A stretch of DNA of 32,000 nucleotides from Acaryochloris marina MBIC11017 (GTDB lineage Bacteria; Cyanobacteriota; Cyanobacteriia; Thermosynechococcales; Thermosynechococcaceae). Positions 8,414-18,343 of this stretch are shown here, piece by piece (the stretch's first letter is position 1; every line of letters begins with the position of its first letter). A program made the position numbers and the translations under genes. The notes below the pieces were generated by a model. It had not been told where the DNA came from and made no database searches. It saw nothing but the letters and a program-made list of their open reading frames with translations. The DNA lies in contig NC_009929.1 of assembly GCF_000018105.1 (NCBI RefSeq), forward strand, positions 150,001-182,000. Reading direction: 5' to 3'.

Positions 8414-9433
8414 TTAAGGACTGATCACTGTTGCGATCTCATCTCGACTAGGACAAGGTAGCCGTTCCTTCTCCAAGGCTGTTCTAGACCATACGGTGGC
8501 ATTGCCGGATTGAACATCACCAATCTCGCAACAGGGAATACCAGATGTGTTTAAGGTCCGGCAAATTGATGGTGCATCCCGTTGGGGAGCTGTGAGTAAA
8601 AGCGCTCCAGAAGCAATCGCAGCCAATGGATCAATCTTGAAAACACGGCAAATATGGGCCGAGAGGTCTGATATTGGCACTTTCTCAAGGTCGATTACCA
8701 ATTGACAGTTACTGGCCTGGGCTAGCTCCCAAAGAGCTGCTAGCAACCCCCCTTCAGTCGGGTCATGCATCGCCGAGACTTGTCCAGCTTGGTTTGCAAG
8801 TTGGGCATCACGGAGCACACTAATACCAGGCTTATAGAGATAACCCCTCGCCTGAGTCAGCTCATCGGAAGTTAACGCCTGACTGATTTGTTCAGAATAT
8901 TCGCGAGCTAAGATTGCCGTAGCTTCAATGGGTACACTTTTAGTCAACAAAATGCGATCACCAGGCTTAGCACCGCGAGGAGTAATAAGGCTATCTCGCG
9001 CCACTTCACCAATCAGTGTTCCGACAACGATGGGTCGGTCTATGCCATAGGTGATTTCAGTATGCCCCCCAATTAAAGAGACATTGATCTCCTGACAAGC
9101 CGTGTAAATTTGCTGATGAATGCGTTCAGCCAAAGTTGCAGTGGTCCTCTGCTCGGGGAGAAGAATAGTGGCCATCAACCAGCGGGGAGTAGCTCCTGTT
9201 GTGGCAATATCATTAGCATTAATCTGGACGACATACCAGCCAATGTCATCTGTAACAAAGGTAATGGGATCAGATTTAATGACCCATAACTTTGCTCCTC
9301 CATCGACGACAGCACAATCATGCCCAATGCCTGGCCCCAATAAGACTTGAGGATCATGAATGGGAGTTTGAGAGAGAAGGTGGGCCAATAGATGTGAGGG
9401 TAATTTACCAACCGGCAGAGGATCCTGTGTCAC
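8414..9433 (-). CDS. AIR-synthase-related (PurM/ThiL/HypE superfamily) protein, HypE-like but lacking the C-terminal Cys motif
   Basis: 339 aa. N-terminal GKLPSHLLAHLL, NANDIATTGATP and GGHTE blocks are typical of PurM-fold ATP-binding proteins. The C-terminus is ...RDEIATVISP, not the PRIC-type end of HypE. Confidence 0.75.
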   Translation of the reverse strand: MTQDPLPVGKLPSHLLAHLLSQTPIHDPQVLLGPGIGHDCAVVDGGAKLWVIKSDPITFVTDDIGWYVVQINANDIATTGATPRWLMATILLPEQRTTATLAERIHQQIYTACQEINVSLIGGHTEITYGIDRPIVVGTLIGEVARDSLITPRGAKPGDRILLTKSVPIEATAILAREYSEQISQALTSDELTQARGYLYKPGISVLRDAQLANQAGQVSAMHDPTEGGLLAALWELAQASNCQLVIDLEKVPISDLSAHICRVFKIDPLAAIASGALLLTAPQRDAPSICRTLNTSGIPCCEIGDVQSGNATVWSRTALEKERLPCPSRDEIATVISP

Positions 9434-9460
9434 CTTAACCTCCTCATCTAAAAATATCTT

Positions 9461-12400
9461 CTAGTCACTTTTATTAGCAGAAGCTTCGGTCTCTGTATCC
9501 TGTGATTTTTCTTGCAGGATATTCTGTAACATTCTGAGCAAGGTATCCGAAGAAAAAGGTTTCTGAAGAAAGGCTTTAACACACTGTCCAAGGGATAAAG
9601 CAAATGTCTCATCAACTAAGAGGCCACTGGTCACGATGACTTTAAGCTGAGGATTGATTTTTCGCAGTGTTTGAATGGTAGTTTCTCCACTGAGTGTTGG
9701 CATCTGCATATCCATCAATACAACATCAATCTCTGTATGATGTTGAGCATACTGAGCAATGGCATCAATACCATCAGCTGCAACCATGACCTGATAGTTG
9801 TGCTTTACCAACATACTCTGGGCCACTTCTCGAATCGGAGCTTCATCATCAACGACTAAAACGACCTCGCCCTGCCCGTTAGGACACTCTAATTCTTCTT
9901 CCTCTAGACTGCTGACTGATTCAATAGCAGGGAGGTAGACTTTGAATTGAGTCCCTTGACCAACTTCACTGTAGACGGTGATAAATCCATGATGGCTTTG
10001 AATAATCTTGTTGACCGTCGAGAGCCCCAATCCGGTTCCTCCCTCAGGTTCCTTGGTAGTAAAGAAGGGCTCGAAAATCTGTTCCTGTAGTTCAGGAGGA
10101 ATTCCAATTCCAGTATCTGTAACGGTGATCAAGATGTACGGTCCAGCTTGGGCGTTGAGAAAATCTGCTGCAAGGGCTTCATCTAGGGGAAAGTTCATTG
10201 CATGGATGGACAAAGAACCGCCCTCTGGCATAGCATCACGAGCATTGACGAGTAGATTCATAAAGACTTGATGTACCTGGGTCGCATCGGCATGAATCGA
10301 CCAAAGATCGTCAGGGATATGCGTAGATACTTCAATCGATTTAGGAAACGTTTTTAGGGTAAAGTCTCTCAGCTCACTCAGTAAGGGTTTAATGTAAAGA
10401 ATTGCGCGTTCACCATCTGCGCCCCTGGAAAATGAGAGCACCTGGGTAATCAGTTTTGACCCCCGTTGTGCACAGGTTTGTAAAATCTCAAACTGGTGCT
10501 GAATTTGTTCACTGGCATTGGGAAGTTGCAAAGGTAAAAGCTGGGCTACTCCATAGATAGGCGTCAGAATGTTATTGAGGTCATGAGCAATTCCGCTAGC
10601 AAGTGCCCCAATACTCTCCAGTCGTTGAGCCCGTAAAAATTGTTTTTCGAGTTTTTTAGCCTGAGTGACATCGGTATTGACAATGAGTATGGCTTTGGGA
10701 TTCCCTAAACTATCTTTGACCAACGTCCATCGGCTCATCACCGTGATCGCATCCCCTGATTTAGTCACCTGTTGCTGTTCGCCTTGCCACTTTCCATGTT
10801 GCCTCACATATTGTTCAATTTCTGCTGCTTTCTCGTCGGTTACTTCTAGTAACTGGCCAACTTCTTGACTAAGCGCTTCCCCCTGAGTCCAGCCATAAAG
10901 AGCAGATGCACCTTTGCTCCAGTATTGAATCCGACCATCAAGTCCCTGGACCAGAATGGCATCGGTGGCGACATTCAATAGCGCTGCTAGTTCTGAAATT
11001 TGTTCTTGTGATTGCTTGCGTTCTGTAATATCTGTCGCCACGCCATCCAATCGCAGGACTCTCTCTTCGGCATCTTTGATCACCCTGCCCCGATCTAATA
11101 GCCACCGAATCGACCCATCCGGCCGGACAATGCGATATTCTACTTCTTGGCTACCCGTCTCCAGGATACGTTCAGAAAAACCGCTAACTTTTGCCCGATC
11201 ATCGGGATGCATAGCTTGTAACCAGAGTTGTGAATTATCTATAAATGCTGAAATAGGGCGTCCATATATCTCTTCAGCGGCTGGACTAAGGTACAACAAC
11301 TCAAATGAATCTGCCTTTACGGACCAAACGATATCTTGCAGGGATTCTAGAATATTGTTGAGACGCTGTTGACTTTCTTGGTGTGCAACTTCGGCCAGCT
11401 TACCTTCAGTGACATCAAAAATTACGCCATCTATATGGAGAGGTTGACCATTTTGAGCCGGAATAGGTTGTCCTTTTTCCCAAAAGTACCGAATTTGATC
11501 CTGTTTATCCTGTATTCGATACTCCACTTGAAATGGCATCAGAGAAGAGACAGCCTCCTGTACGGTTGTAACCACTTGGGGCCGATCTTCTGGCACAATC
11601 ATCGGATCAATGGAGCAAACTTCTCCGACTGAAAGGTCGATGGAATCATTACCTGTTAATGTTTTGCACTGATCATTCAGAAACACCATTCTATTGTGAT
11701 CTTCAGGAAAGACCCGATAAACGATCCCTGGTAGATTTTCTGCCAATGTTCGATATTCTTGTTCGCTTTGTCTCAAAGTTTGATCGATTTGGTGCCGATC
11801 TAAGGCTTGCGCTAACAAATTGGCCACTGACTGGAGAAAGTCAATATCATTCTCATTAAATAGACGATGGTGGCCGGTATGAGCACCGATTACCCCGTAC
11901 GTTTGATGTTGCCCTTGAAGAATGACACTCATCCCACTAACGACCTTATGATCCAGTAACAATGGCGGACCGCTAAATCGAGTTTCTGTCTCCAAGTTGT
12001 CAACAATGACTGGCCTAGAACTCCGCAATGTATAACCAGCTTGGGACTCTTGCTCAGTCCCAATGATGGCCTGACCCACCAGTCCAGGTTGCCAACCCAC
12101 CCCGGCCTTCAGCAATAACGATTCACCATCGGGACGTAACTGAAGTACTTTGCAATATTCCACCTCCAAAGTCTGAGAGACGACTCTGACAATTTCATTC
12201 ATCAAACCATCGATATCTCGACTTGCTAAGGCTAATGCCCCTAATTGAGCCACTGAAGTCTGTTGTCTGGCTCTCAAGGCTAAGGTCTGCTCGATTATTT
12301 TTTGCTTAGTGATATCACTGGCGCTTGCATAAATCTGTTGCTGCTGAAGGTATGGTGTGGCGGACCAGAGAAACCAGCGGTAGGAGCCATCATGGCAGCG

Positions 12401-14185
12401 ATATCGATTCTCAAAGGCAATAGTATTAGTGCCCATTGCCAACTGCTCTAATTCTCTGACAGTGGCATCCCGATCCTCGGGGTGAACAAAGTTAAGGAAA
12501 GGCTGAGCCAAGAGTTCTTTGATTGAATAGCCTAAAGTGCTAATAAAAGCAGGATTGACGGTTTTAAAGTAACCGTCAAAGCCCGCAATACAGTGCAGGT
12601 CCAAAGAAACTGAAAGGAACCGATTACGGTCAGTTTCTGCGGTTTGGCGCTCAAGCTCTGCTGTGGTTTTCTGGGCCAGAATCGTCAGCACCTCTTCTAT
12701 AAACGCCAGATCGTCAAGGGGCTGTCGGCATAAAACAACAATTAATCCCACTACTTGCTTAGCACTAGAGATGAGGGGAATCCCCAAATACCCTTCTATG
12801 CTTAAGTCCCTGAGCATCTGATCATGAGGAAAAACCGCTTGGACGCCCTGATGATACATACAGGATTGTTGTTCAATGACTTCCTCACAGGGAGTCCCAG
12901 CTAGAGCATATTCAAAGTTGGATTGGAGCTGTCCTGCCTTTGCCACCGCAAGGGTGCGAATCGTTGCTTGGCCCTCTATATTGACAAGCTGACCAATATG
13001 AGCGAAATCTGCAGGGAGTACTTGATTCAGATGTGTCACAAGGGATTGGAAGAAATCCTCACCAGTAGATGTTGCCAGACCTTTAGCCAGATGGTGTCGC
13101 ATAAGATCTCGGCGCTCTAATTTCGATGTTCGATCTTGCACCAGCTGCTCCAGTTCTTGGTTGCGTTTTTGGAGTAGTTGATGATTTTGGGTCTCCAGTT
13201 GCGTGATTTGCTGCTGGAGTAGTTCCACGACCTCATAAATTTCAGCAGGGTCTACGGGTAGCAAGTTCCTCTGGGTGACAATGCCCCGCAAGGTTCCATG
13301 TCCATCAGCGACGACTAATCGACGGACTTTTTGCTGCTGCATTTTCTGATGGACGGTCCACAGGGAATCATCTGGAGTAACGAGGGAAAGAGGGGTACTC
13401 ATCACCTCTTGTGCTTGAGTCTGGGCGAAATCCAGCTCCAATCGCTGAAATTGGACAATATCTCTTTCTGTAATAATCCCGATTGGGCAGTGATTTTCTG
13501 TGAGATCATCGGCAGGTTCAACCATAACGATACAGCTCACTCCCTGCAGATTCATGCACTGGGTAATCTGCAACAGTGAGTTAGTAGGTAAAGCTTGAAC
13601 CACATCTGGGGTCATTACCTCCCTTACCCGACGAATTTTAAGTAAATCAGACGGTTGCAGCAGATTCCGAATTCGGCGAGGGGTCAGTAGTCCTTTCACC
13701 TGTCCTTGTTGATCCAGCACAGGTAAATGACGAATGTGCTGTCGATTCATCCGCTCTAATGCGGTGAATACAGTTGAATGCCCATCATCAACCAACGTTA
13801 CGACGGGTTGGGACATCACTGCTGCAGCGGTGAGTTCACCCAACGAGCGATTCTCAGCAATTAAGCGAACAATGTCGCGTTCAGTGAGAATACCAACCAT
13901 TTGAGTATCTTCCTCAAACAGTACACAACCCGTTTGTTCGATTCCCAATTGGGGGAGAGTGGGCTGGTTAACCTCATCTGCCATCAAATGGCAATGAAGG
14001 GCGGACCGACTCGTAAGACCAATGACTTCTGTTAATGGAGTATCAGGCGCAGCTATGAGGGGTTGCAAATCTAGGGCTGCTTCAAGTGGGAACGTCATGA
14101 ATTGCTGCATCATCGAACCCACTTGCCCACAATTACTTTCATTTGATTGTAAATGCAGCTCGATTTTATTTTGCAAAAGAAGCAT
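9461..14185 (-). CDS. Multidomain hybrid sensor histidine kinase (4x CBS - coiled coil - GAF - PAS - GAF - 3x PAS - HisKA/HATPase - REC)
   Basis: CBS pairs in aa ~45-320 and a Q/L-rich coiled coil. PAS/PAC blocks include FENRYRCHDGSYRWFLW and EVEYRIVRPDGSIRWLLDRG. H-box SGIAHDLNNILTPI, N/G boxes (NLLVNARDAM, DTGIGIP, GTGLGLS), and a receiver VLVVDDE...VLMDMQMP. Start uncertain: TTG at 14194, first ATG at 14185, further ATGs at 14113/14110. Confidence 0.9.
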   Translation of the reverse strand: MLLLQNKIELHLQSNESNCGQVGSMMQQFMTFPLEAALDLQPLIAAPDTPLTEVIGLTSRSALHCHLMADEVNQPTLPQLGIEQTGCVLFEEDTQMVGILTERDIVRLIAENRSLGELTAAAVMSQPVVTLVDDGHSTVFTALERMNRQHIRHLPVLDQQGQVKGLLTPRRIRNLLQPSDLLKIRRVREVMTPDVVQALPTNSLLQITQCMNLQGVSCIVMVEPADDLTENHCPIGIITERDIVQFQRLELDFAQTQAQEVMSTPLSLVTPDDSLWTVHQKMQQQKVRRLVVADGHGTLRGIVTQRNLLPVDPAEIYEVVELLQQQITQLETQNHQLLQKRNQELEQLVQDRTSKLERRDLMRHHLAKGLATSTGEDFFQSLVTHLNQVLPADFAHIGQLVNIEGQATIRTLAVAKAGQLQSNFEYALAGTPCEEVIEQQSCMYHQGVQAVFPHDQMLRDLSIEGYLGIPLISSAKQVVGLIVVLCRQPLDDLAFIEEVLTILAQKTTAELERQTAETDRNRFLSVSLDLHCIAGFDGYFKTVNPAFISTLGYSIKELLAQPFLNFVHPEDRDATVRELEQLAMGTNTIAFENRYRCHDGSYRWFLWSATPYLQQQQIYASASDITKQKIIEQTLALRARQQTSVAQLGALALASRDIDGLMNEIVRVVSQTLEVEYCKVLQLRPDGESLLLKAGVGWQPGLVGQAIIGTEQESQAGYTLRSSRPVIVDNLETETRFSGPPLLLDHKVVSGMSVILQGQHQTYGVIGAHTGHHRLFNENDIDFLQSVANLLAQALDRHQIDQTLRQSEQEYRTLAENLPGIVYRVFPEDHNRMVFLNDQCKTLTGNDSIDLSVGEVCSIDPMIVPEDRPQVVTTVQEAVSSLMPFQVEYRIQDKQDQIRYFWEKGQPIPAQNGQPLHIDGVIFDVTEGKLAEVAHQESQQRLNNILESLQDIVWSVKADSFELLYLSPAAEEIYGRPISAFIDNSQLWLQAMHPDDRAKVSGFSERILETGSQEVEYRIVRPDGSIRWLLDRGRVIKDAEERVLRLDGVATDITERKQSQEQISELAALLNVATDAILVQGLDGRIQYWSKGASALYGWTQGEALSQEVGQLLEVTDEKAAEIEQYVRQHGKWQGEQQQVTKSGDAITVMSRWTLVKDSLGNPKAILIVNTDVTQAKKLEKQFLRAQRLESIGALASGIAHDLNNILTPIYGVAQLLPLQLPNASEQIQHQFEILQTCAQRGSKLITQVLSFSRGADGERAILYIKPLLSELRDFTLKTFPKSIEVSTHIPDDLWSIHADATQVHQVFMNLLVNARDAMPEGGSLSIHAMNFPLDEALAADFLNAQAGPYILITVTDTGIGIPPELQEQIFEPFFTTKEPEGGTGLGLSTVNKIIQSHHGFITVYSEVGQGTQFKVYLPAIESVSSLEEEELECPNGQGEVVLVVDDEAPIREVAQSMLVKHNYQVMVAADGIDAIAQYAQHHTEIDVVLMDMQMPTLSGETTIQTLRKINPQLKVIVTSGLLVDETFALSLGQCVKAFLQKPFSSDTLLRMLQNILQEKSQDTETEASANKSD

Positions 14186-14575
14186 AAAACTCAATCAATG
14201 AGTGGTCTAACGTATCGTATTGACCCATATTTGCGGGAGGCGGAATGACTCAATCTTGAGGGATTGAATATATTCTCGTCACAATTTCTTCAACTTTCTC
14301 ACTTATTGTTTTGGCATTCTTAGCCGTGTGAAAACAACAGATTCCAACGTCCCGCCCGTTCAATTATTTTTAGGTGGAGTGTGGAGAGAATCGTGTATTG
14401 CTGTCTACGAACAAACCTACGATTGCAATCTATTTCGGTCTCTATACTTTGGCACGCAAGGTTCATGGGCATCGTTTTACTCAAGGTATTGTCTTGTCTA
14501 GATATTGAAGGAATCCATTAGCCCAGACCAGTCTGTACCAAAGAAGTTTTATTGTCGTTATGCCGTCAATTGTTC

Positions 14576-17203
14576 ATGAATAAACCATCTGAGCAACGCT
14601 CGCTTAATAGAGCGCAGAACTCCTTTCGTCTTTCGGAACTCTCTCCAGAGCATATTACTGAAATTTATGATTCATTTCATATTGAGGACGACCGAACGGG
14701 ATTGAGTTCTGAAACGCTACAGCGTGCGATCGCAGATAATCTCTATTACATCCAGGGTAAATTCCCAGAAATTGCCACCCTATATGACTACTACATGGCT
14801 GTCGCCTATACGGTGCGCGATCGATTACTGCATCGCTGGATCAACACCGTCAAAACCTACCGTGAACAGGATGTCAAGGTGGTTTGTTATCTCTCTGCTG
14901 AATATTTACCAGGCCCTCACTTAGAAAATAACCTGGTTAATCTCGGTATCTATGATCAAGTCCAACAAGCGGTGGAATCCTCGGGATTAGATCTGAGATC
15001 CATTTTGGCGCAAGAAGAAGAACCGGGATTGGGGAATGGGGGACTCGGTCGTTTAGCCGCCTGCTATATGGACTCCCTAGCTACCCTGGAAATTCCAGCG
15101 ATTGGCTATGGCATTCGGTATGAGTACGGAATCTTTGACCAGGAAATCCGAGAGGGTTGGCAGGTTGAAATTACGGATAAATGGTTACGTCTGGGTAACC
15201 CCTGGGAAATACCTCGTCCAGAGAACGCTGTAGAGGTCAAGTTTGGGGGCTATACAGAACCCTATACCGATGATCAAGGCGACTACCGAGTACGCTGGAT
15301 ACCTCACCAAGTGGTGAATGGAATACCCTATGACACCCCTATTTCCGGTTATCGCGTAAACACCACGAGCACGATGCGGCTTTGGAAGGCAGAAGCTCCA
15401 GAGTCTTTCGATTTTCAAGCCTTTAACGTCGGGGACTATTACGGAGCCGTCGATGCCAAAATTATTTCCGAAAATCTGACCAAAGTTCTCTATCCCAATG
15501 ATGAACCCATCCAAGGGAAGCAACTGCGTCTTGAACAACAATACTTCTTCGTTTCTTGTTCCCTCCAAAATCTACTAAAAATTCATCTGTTGCGGGGTGA
15601 CCCGATCGAGACCTTTCATGAGAAATTTGTGATTCAACTCAACGATACACACCCCGCGATCGGGGTTGCGGAACTCATGCGGTTGTTGGTAGATGAGTAT
15701 CTGCTTCATTGGCAGAAGGCTTGGGACATAACCCAACAAGCCTTCGCTTACACCAATCACACCCTCCTGCCTGAAGCGTTGGAGACCTGGCCTTTGAATC
15801 TGTTTGGCAGTCTCTTACCTCGACATTTAGAAATTATTTATGAAATTAATCAGCGTTTTCTCGATCAGGTGCGGCTGAAATACCTAGGTAACCCAGATAA
15901 ACTCGCCCGCTTATCCTTGATTGAAGAAGGCGGGAGCAAACGAATTCGCATGGCTCATCTGGCCTGTGTGGGGAGTCACGCCATCAATGGGGTGGCAGCA
16001 TTGCATACAGAACTCCTGAAAGAAGGGGTCCTGAAAGATTTCTATGACTTGTGGCCCCATAAGTTCACCAATATAACCAACGGGGTAACTCCGCGTCGGT
16101 GGATGGTATTAATTAACCCTAGGCTAACCCAATTGATTACCCGCGAGATTGGTGAAACTTGGATCACACAACTTGAGGATTTCAAACGGTTAGAATCTTT
16201 AGCCGAGGATCCAGCGTTCCGCCAAGAATGGCGACGGGTCAAACGAGCCGTGAAACAGGATCTAGCAGACTATATTCAAGCTCACCAAGGACTGACTCTT
16301 AATCCCGATTCGATTTTTGATATCCAGGCCAAGCGCATTCATGAATATAAGCGCCAACATCTCAATGTGCTTCATATCATTACGCTCTATAACCGTATCA
16401 AACACAATCCCCGACTCGCGGTTCCACCTCGCACTTTTATCTTTGGAGGCAAAGCTGCCCCTGGCTATCAGATGGCCAAGCTGATCATTAAGCTGATCAC
16501 GTCGGTGGGAGAAGTCGTAAATCATGATCCTGACATCTGCGATCTCATCAAAGTAGTCTTCCTACCTGACTTCAATGTCACCAACAGTCAGCGAATTTAT
16601 CCCGCCGCTGATTTATCGGAGCAGATTTCCACGGCAGGGAAGGAAGCCTCCGGCACGGGCAATATGAAGTTCTCAATGAATGGCGCTTTAACCATTGGCA
16701 CCCTCGACGGTGCCAATATTGAAATTCGCGAGGCAGTGGAGGCTGACAACTTTTTCCTATTTGGGCATACCAGTGAAGATATTGTTGACCTTAAGGCACA
16801 AGGGTACGTCCCAAAGACCTTCTATAATACCAATCCAGCCCTGAAAGAAGCGATCGACCTCATTGCCTCAGGATATTTTTCCCATGGGAATCGGGCGCTA
16901 TTTCAACCCCTAGTGGATCAACTTCTGCAAGCAGATCCCTATTGCTTACTGGCAGACTATCAGTCATATATTGACTGCCAAGATCAGGTGGGACAGGCAT
17001 TTCAAGATCAAGACACCTGGACCAAAACGGCCATTCTCAATGTTGCTCGGATTGGGCGGTTCTCTTCAGATCGAGCCATTCGGGAATATTGCCGAGAGAT
17101 TTGGTGGGTTAATCCGGTCTCCATTCATTTGGAGGAATATCAGCAGGCCAAAGCCAGCTTGGCAGGAGAACACTGTCTGGATGCAGATGCATGTCCCTTT
17201 TGA
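14576..17203 (+). CDS. glgP: Glycogen/alpha-glucan phosphorylase
   Basis: Full-length GT35 phosphorylase. LGNGGLGRLAAC and the pyridoxal-phosphate site EASGTGNMKFSMNGAL. First ATG at 14576; the ORF-track start at 14552 is TTG. Confidence 0.95.
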   Translation: MNKPSEQRSLNRAQNSFRLSELSPEHITEIYDSFHIEDDRTGLSSETLQRAIADNLYYIQGKFPEIATLYDYYMAVAYTVRDRLLHRWINTVKTYREQDVKVVCYLSAEYLPGPHLENNLVNLGIYDQVQQAVESSGLDLRSILAQEEEPGLGNGGLGRLAACYMDSLATLEIPAIGYGIRYEYGIFDQEIREGWQVEITDKWLRLGNPWEIPRPENAVEVKFGGYTEPYTDDQGDYRVRWIPHQVVNGIPYDTPISGYRVNTTSTMRLWKAEAPESFDFQAFNVGDYYGAVDAKIISENLTKVLYPNDEPIQGKQLRLEQQYFFVSCSLQNLLKIHLLRGDPIETFHEKFVIQLNDTHPAIGVAELMRLLVDEYLLHWQKAWDITQQAFAYTNHTLLPEALETWPLNLFGSLLPRHLEIIYEINQRFLDQVRLKYLGNPDKLARLSLIEEGGSKRIRMAHLACVGSHAINGVAALHTELLKEGVLKDFYDLWPHKFTNITNGVTPRRWMVLINPRLTQLITREIGETWITQLEDFKRLESLAEDPAFRQEWRRVKRAVKQDLADYIQAHQGLTLNPDSIFDIQAKRIHEYKRQHLNVLHIITLYNRIKHNPRLAVPPRTFIFGGKAAPGYQMAKLIIKLITSVGEVVNHDPDICDLIKVVFLPDFNVTNSQRIYPAADLSEQISTAGKEASGTGNMKFSMNGALTIGTLDGANIEIREAVEADNFFLFGHTSEDIVDLKAQGYVPKTFYNTNPALKEAIDLIASGYFSHGNRALFQPLVDQLLQADPYCLLADYQSYIDCQDQVGQAFQDQDTWTKTAILNVARIGRFSSDRAIREYCREIWWVNPVSIHLEEYQQAKASLAGEHCLDADACPF

Positions 17204-17208
17204 GTCCT

Positions 17209-18117
17209 CTATGCCGCCATAAAGTCCTGTAGATTACCCGATTGGAGTAACTTCGATTTTGCAGTCTGTTCGAGTTTTCTCACCCATTCCCGACTGATGC
17301 CCATTTGTTGACTGACTCGGTAGAGAGAGCGTTCTCGCCCATCTTCCAGACCATAGCGGAGGATAAGAACAGTGCGCTCATTGTCATTGAGCTGAGCTAG
17401 AGCCGACCATAAAGCATTTCGCAAGAAATCTTGTTCCACCACTTCATTAGGACTGGGCATTTGCAAATCTTCTAACAAATCACCTAACTCCATCTCTTGA
17501 TCCTTCCCTACTCGGATATTCAGGGATTCAGGATTGGATATCTGGGCGGCTTGTAAGGTCTTCTGCAGCTGTTCCAATGTAATGCCTAATTCGGCAACCA
17601 TTTCCTGGTGAGTGGGGGTGCGTCCAAGGGTTTGGGATAGCTCTCGACGCACTCGTTTGATGCGGTTGAGCTTTTCCGTCATATGCACAGGGATGCGAAT
17701 GGTATGGGACTGCATTGCGATCGCACGGGTGATAGATTGGCGAATCCACCAGTATGCATAGGTGCTAAATCGATATCCCTTAGCAGGATCAAACTTCTCT
17801 ACCGCTCGCTCTAGCCCCAAACTCCCTTCTTGGATGAGATCAATTAAATCCATTCCCCGTTTTTGATATTTCTTAGCAATCGTGACCACTAATCGCAGAT
17901 TGCCACAAATCATCCTGTGTTTTGCCCGCTTCCCCCGTTTCTGTATCTGGTCTAATTCAGCTTGGGAAATCCCTTGCGGTGGGTTTAGAGCTGATTGGAT
18001 TTGTTGCCCTAATGACACTTCTTCTGCATGGGTCAACAGCGAGTATCCACCCATACGGGTCAAATAAGCCCCAAGAGCGTCTTTATTCGATCTCATGATT
18101 GTAAACATATCGATCAC
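17209..18117 (-). CDS. RNA polymerase sigma-70 family factor, group-2-like
   Basis: Region 2 (LIQEGSLGLERAVEKFDPAKGYRFSTYAYWWIRQSITRAI), region 3 and region 4 (ERTVLILRYGLEDGRERSLYRVSQQMGISREWVRKLE). 302 aa with no long region 1.1. Confidence 0.9.
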   Translation of the reverse strand: MIDMFTIMRSNKDALGAYLTRMGGYSLLTHAEEVSLGQQIQSALNPPQGISQAELDQIQKRGKRAKHRMICGNLRLVVTIAKKYQKRGMDLIDLIQEGSLGLERAVEKFDPAKGYRFSTYAYWWIRQSITRAIAMQSHTIRIPVHMTEKLNRIKRVRRELSQTLGRTPTHQEMVAELGITLEQLQKTLQAAQISNPESLNIRVGKDQEMELGDLLEDLQMPSPNEVVEQDFLRNALWSALAQLNDNERTVLILRYGLEDGRERSLYRVSQQMGISREWVRKLEQTAKSKLLQSGNLQDFMAA

Positions 18118-18184
18118 CTGTTCGCGTTACTGACTTAAGCTGGTTTGAAAGCGTCGGATTATACGATCGAGCGTCCGCCCATGA

Positions 18185-18343
18185 CTAATGTGGATCTAGG
18201 AAGTCTGATTCTGACTCACTTCGACCAAGCATTATGGCAAAGCTCAACAATAAGAACAACGCCATCAATAACCAGCTCAATACCGTGACCCATTCTGGAT
18301 AGACAGGGTGAAAAAATAGTTTTAAATCGGAGGGGATTCGCAT
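18185..18343 (-). CDS. Candidate small membrane protein (52 aa), below the ORF-track cutoff
   Basis: My own translation: MRIPSDLKLFFHPVYPEWVTVLSWLLMALFLLLSFAIMLGRSESESDFLDPH. AGGAG lies 8 nt upstream of the ATG. One clear TM helix. It is 67 nt upstream of, and co-directional with, the sigma-factor gene. Confidence 0.3.
   Translation of the reverse strand: MRIPSDLKLFFHPVYPEWVTVLSWLLMALFLLLSFAIMLGRSESESDFLDPH

Noticed and set aside
9671-13579. Eleven 60-140-aa ORFs inside the histidine-kinase gene: nine plus-strand, and two out-of-frame minus-strand ORFs (9904-10107 within this span; 9175-9411 outside it, inside the HypE-like gene)
   Set aside because: Shadow ORFs within a continuous 1570-aa multidomain gene, with no recognisable motifs.
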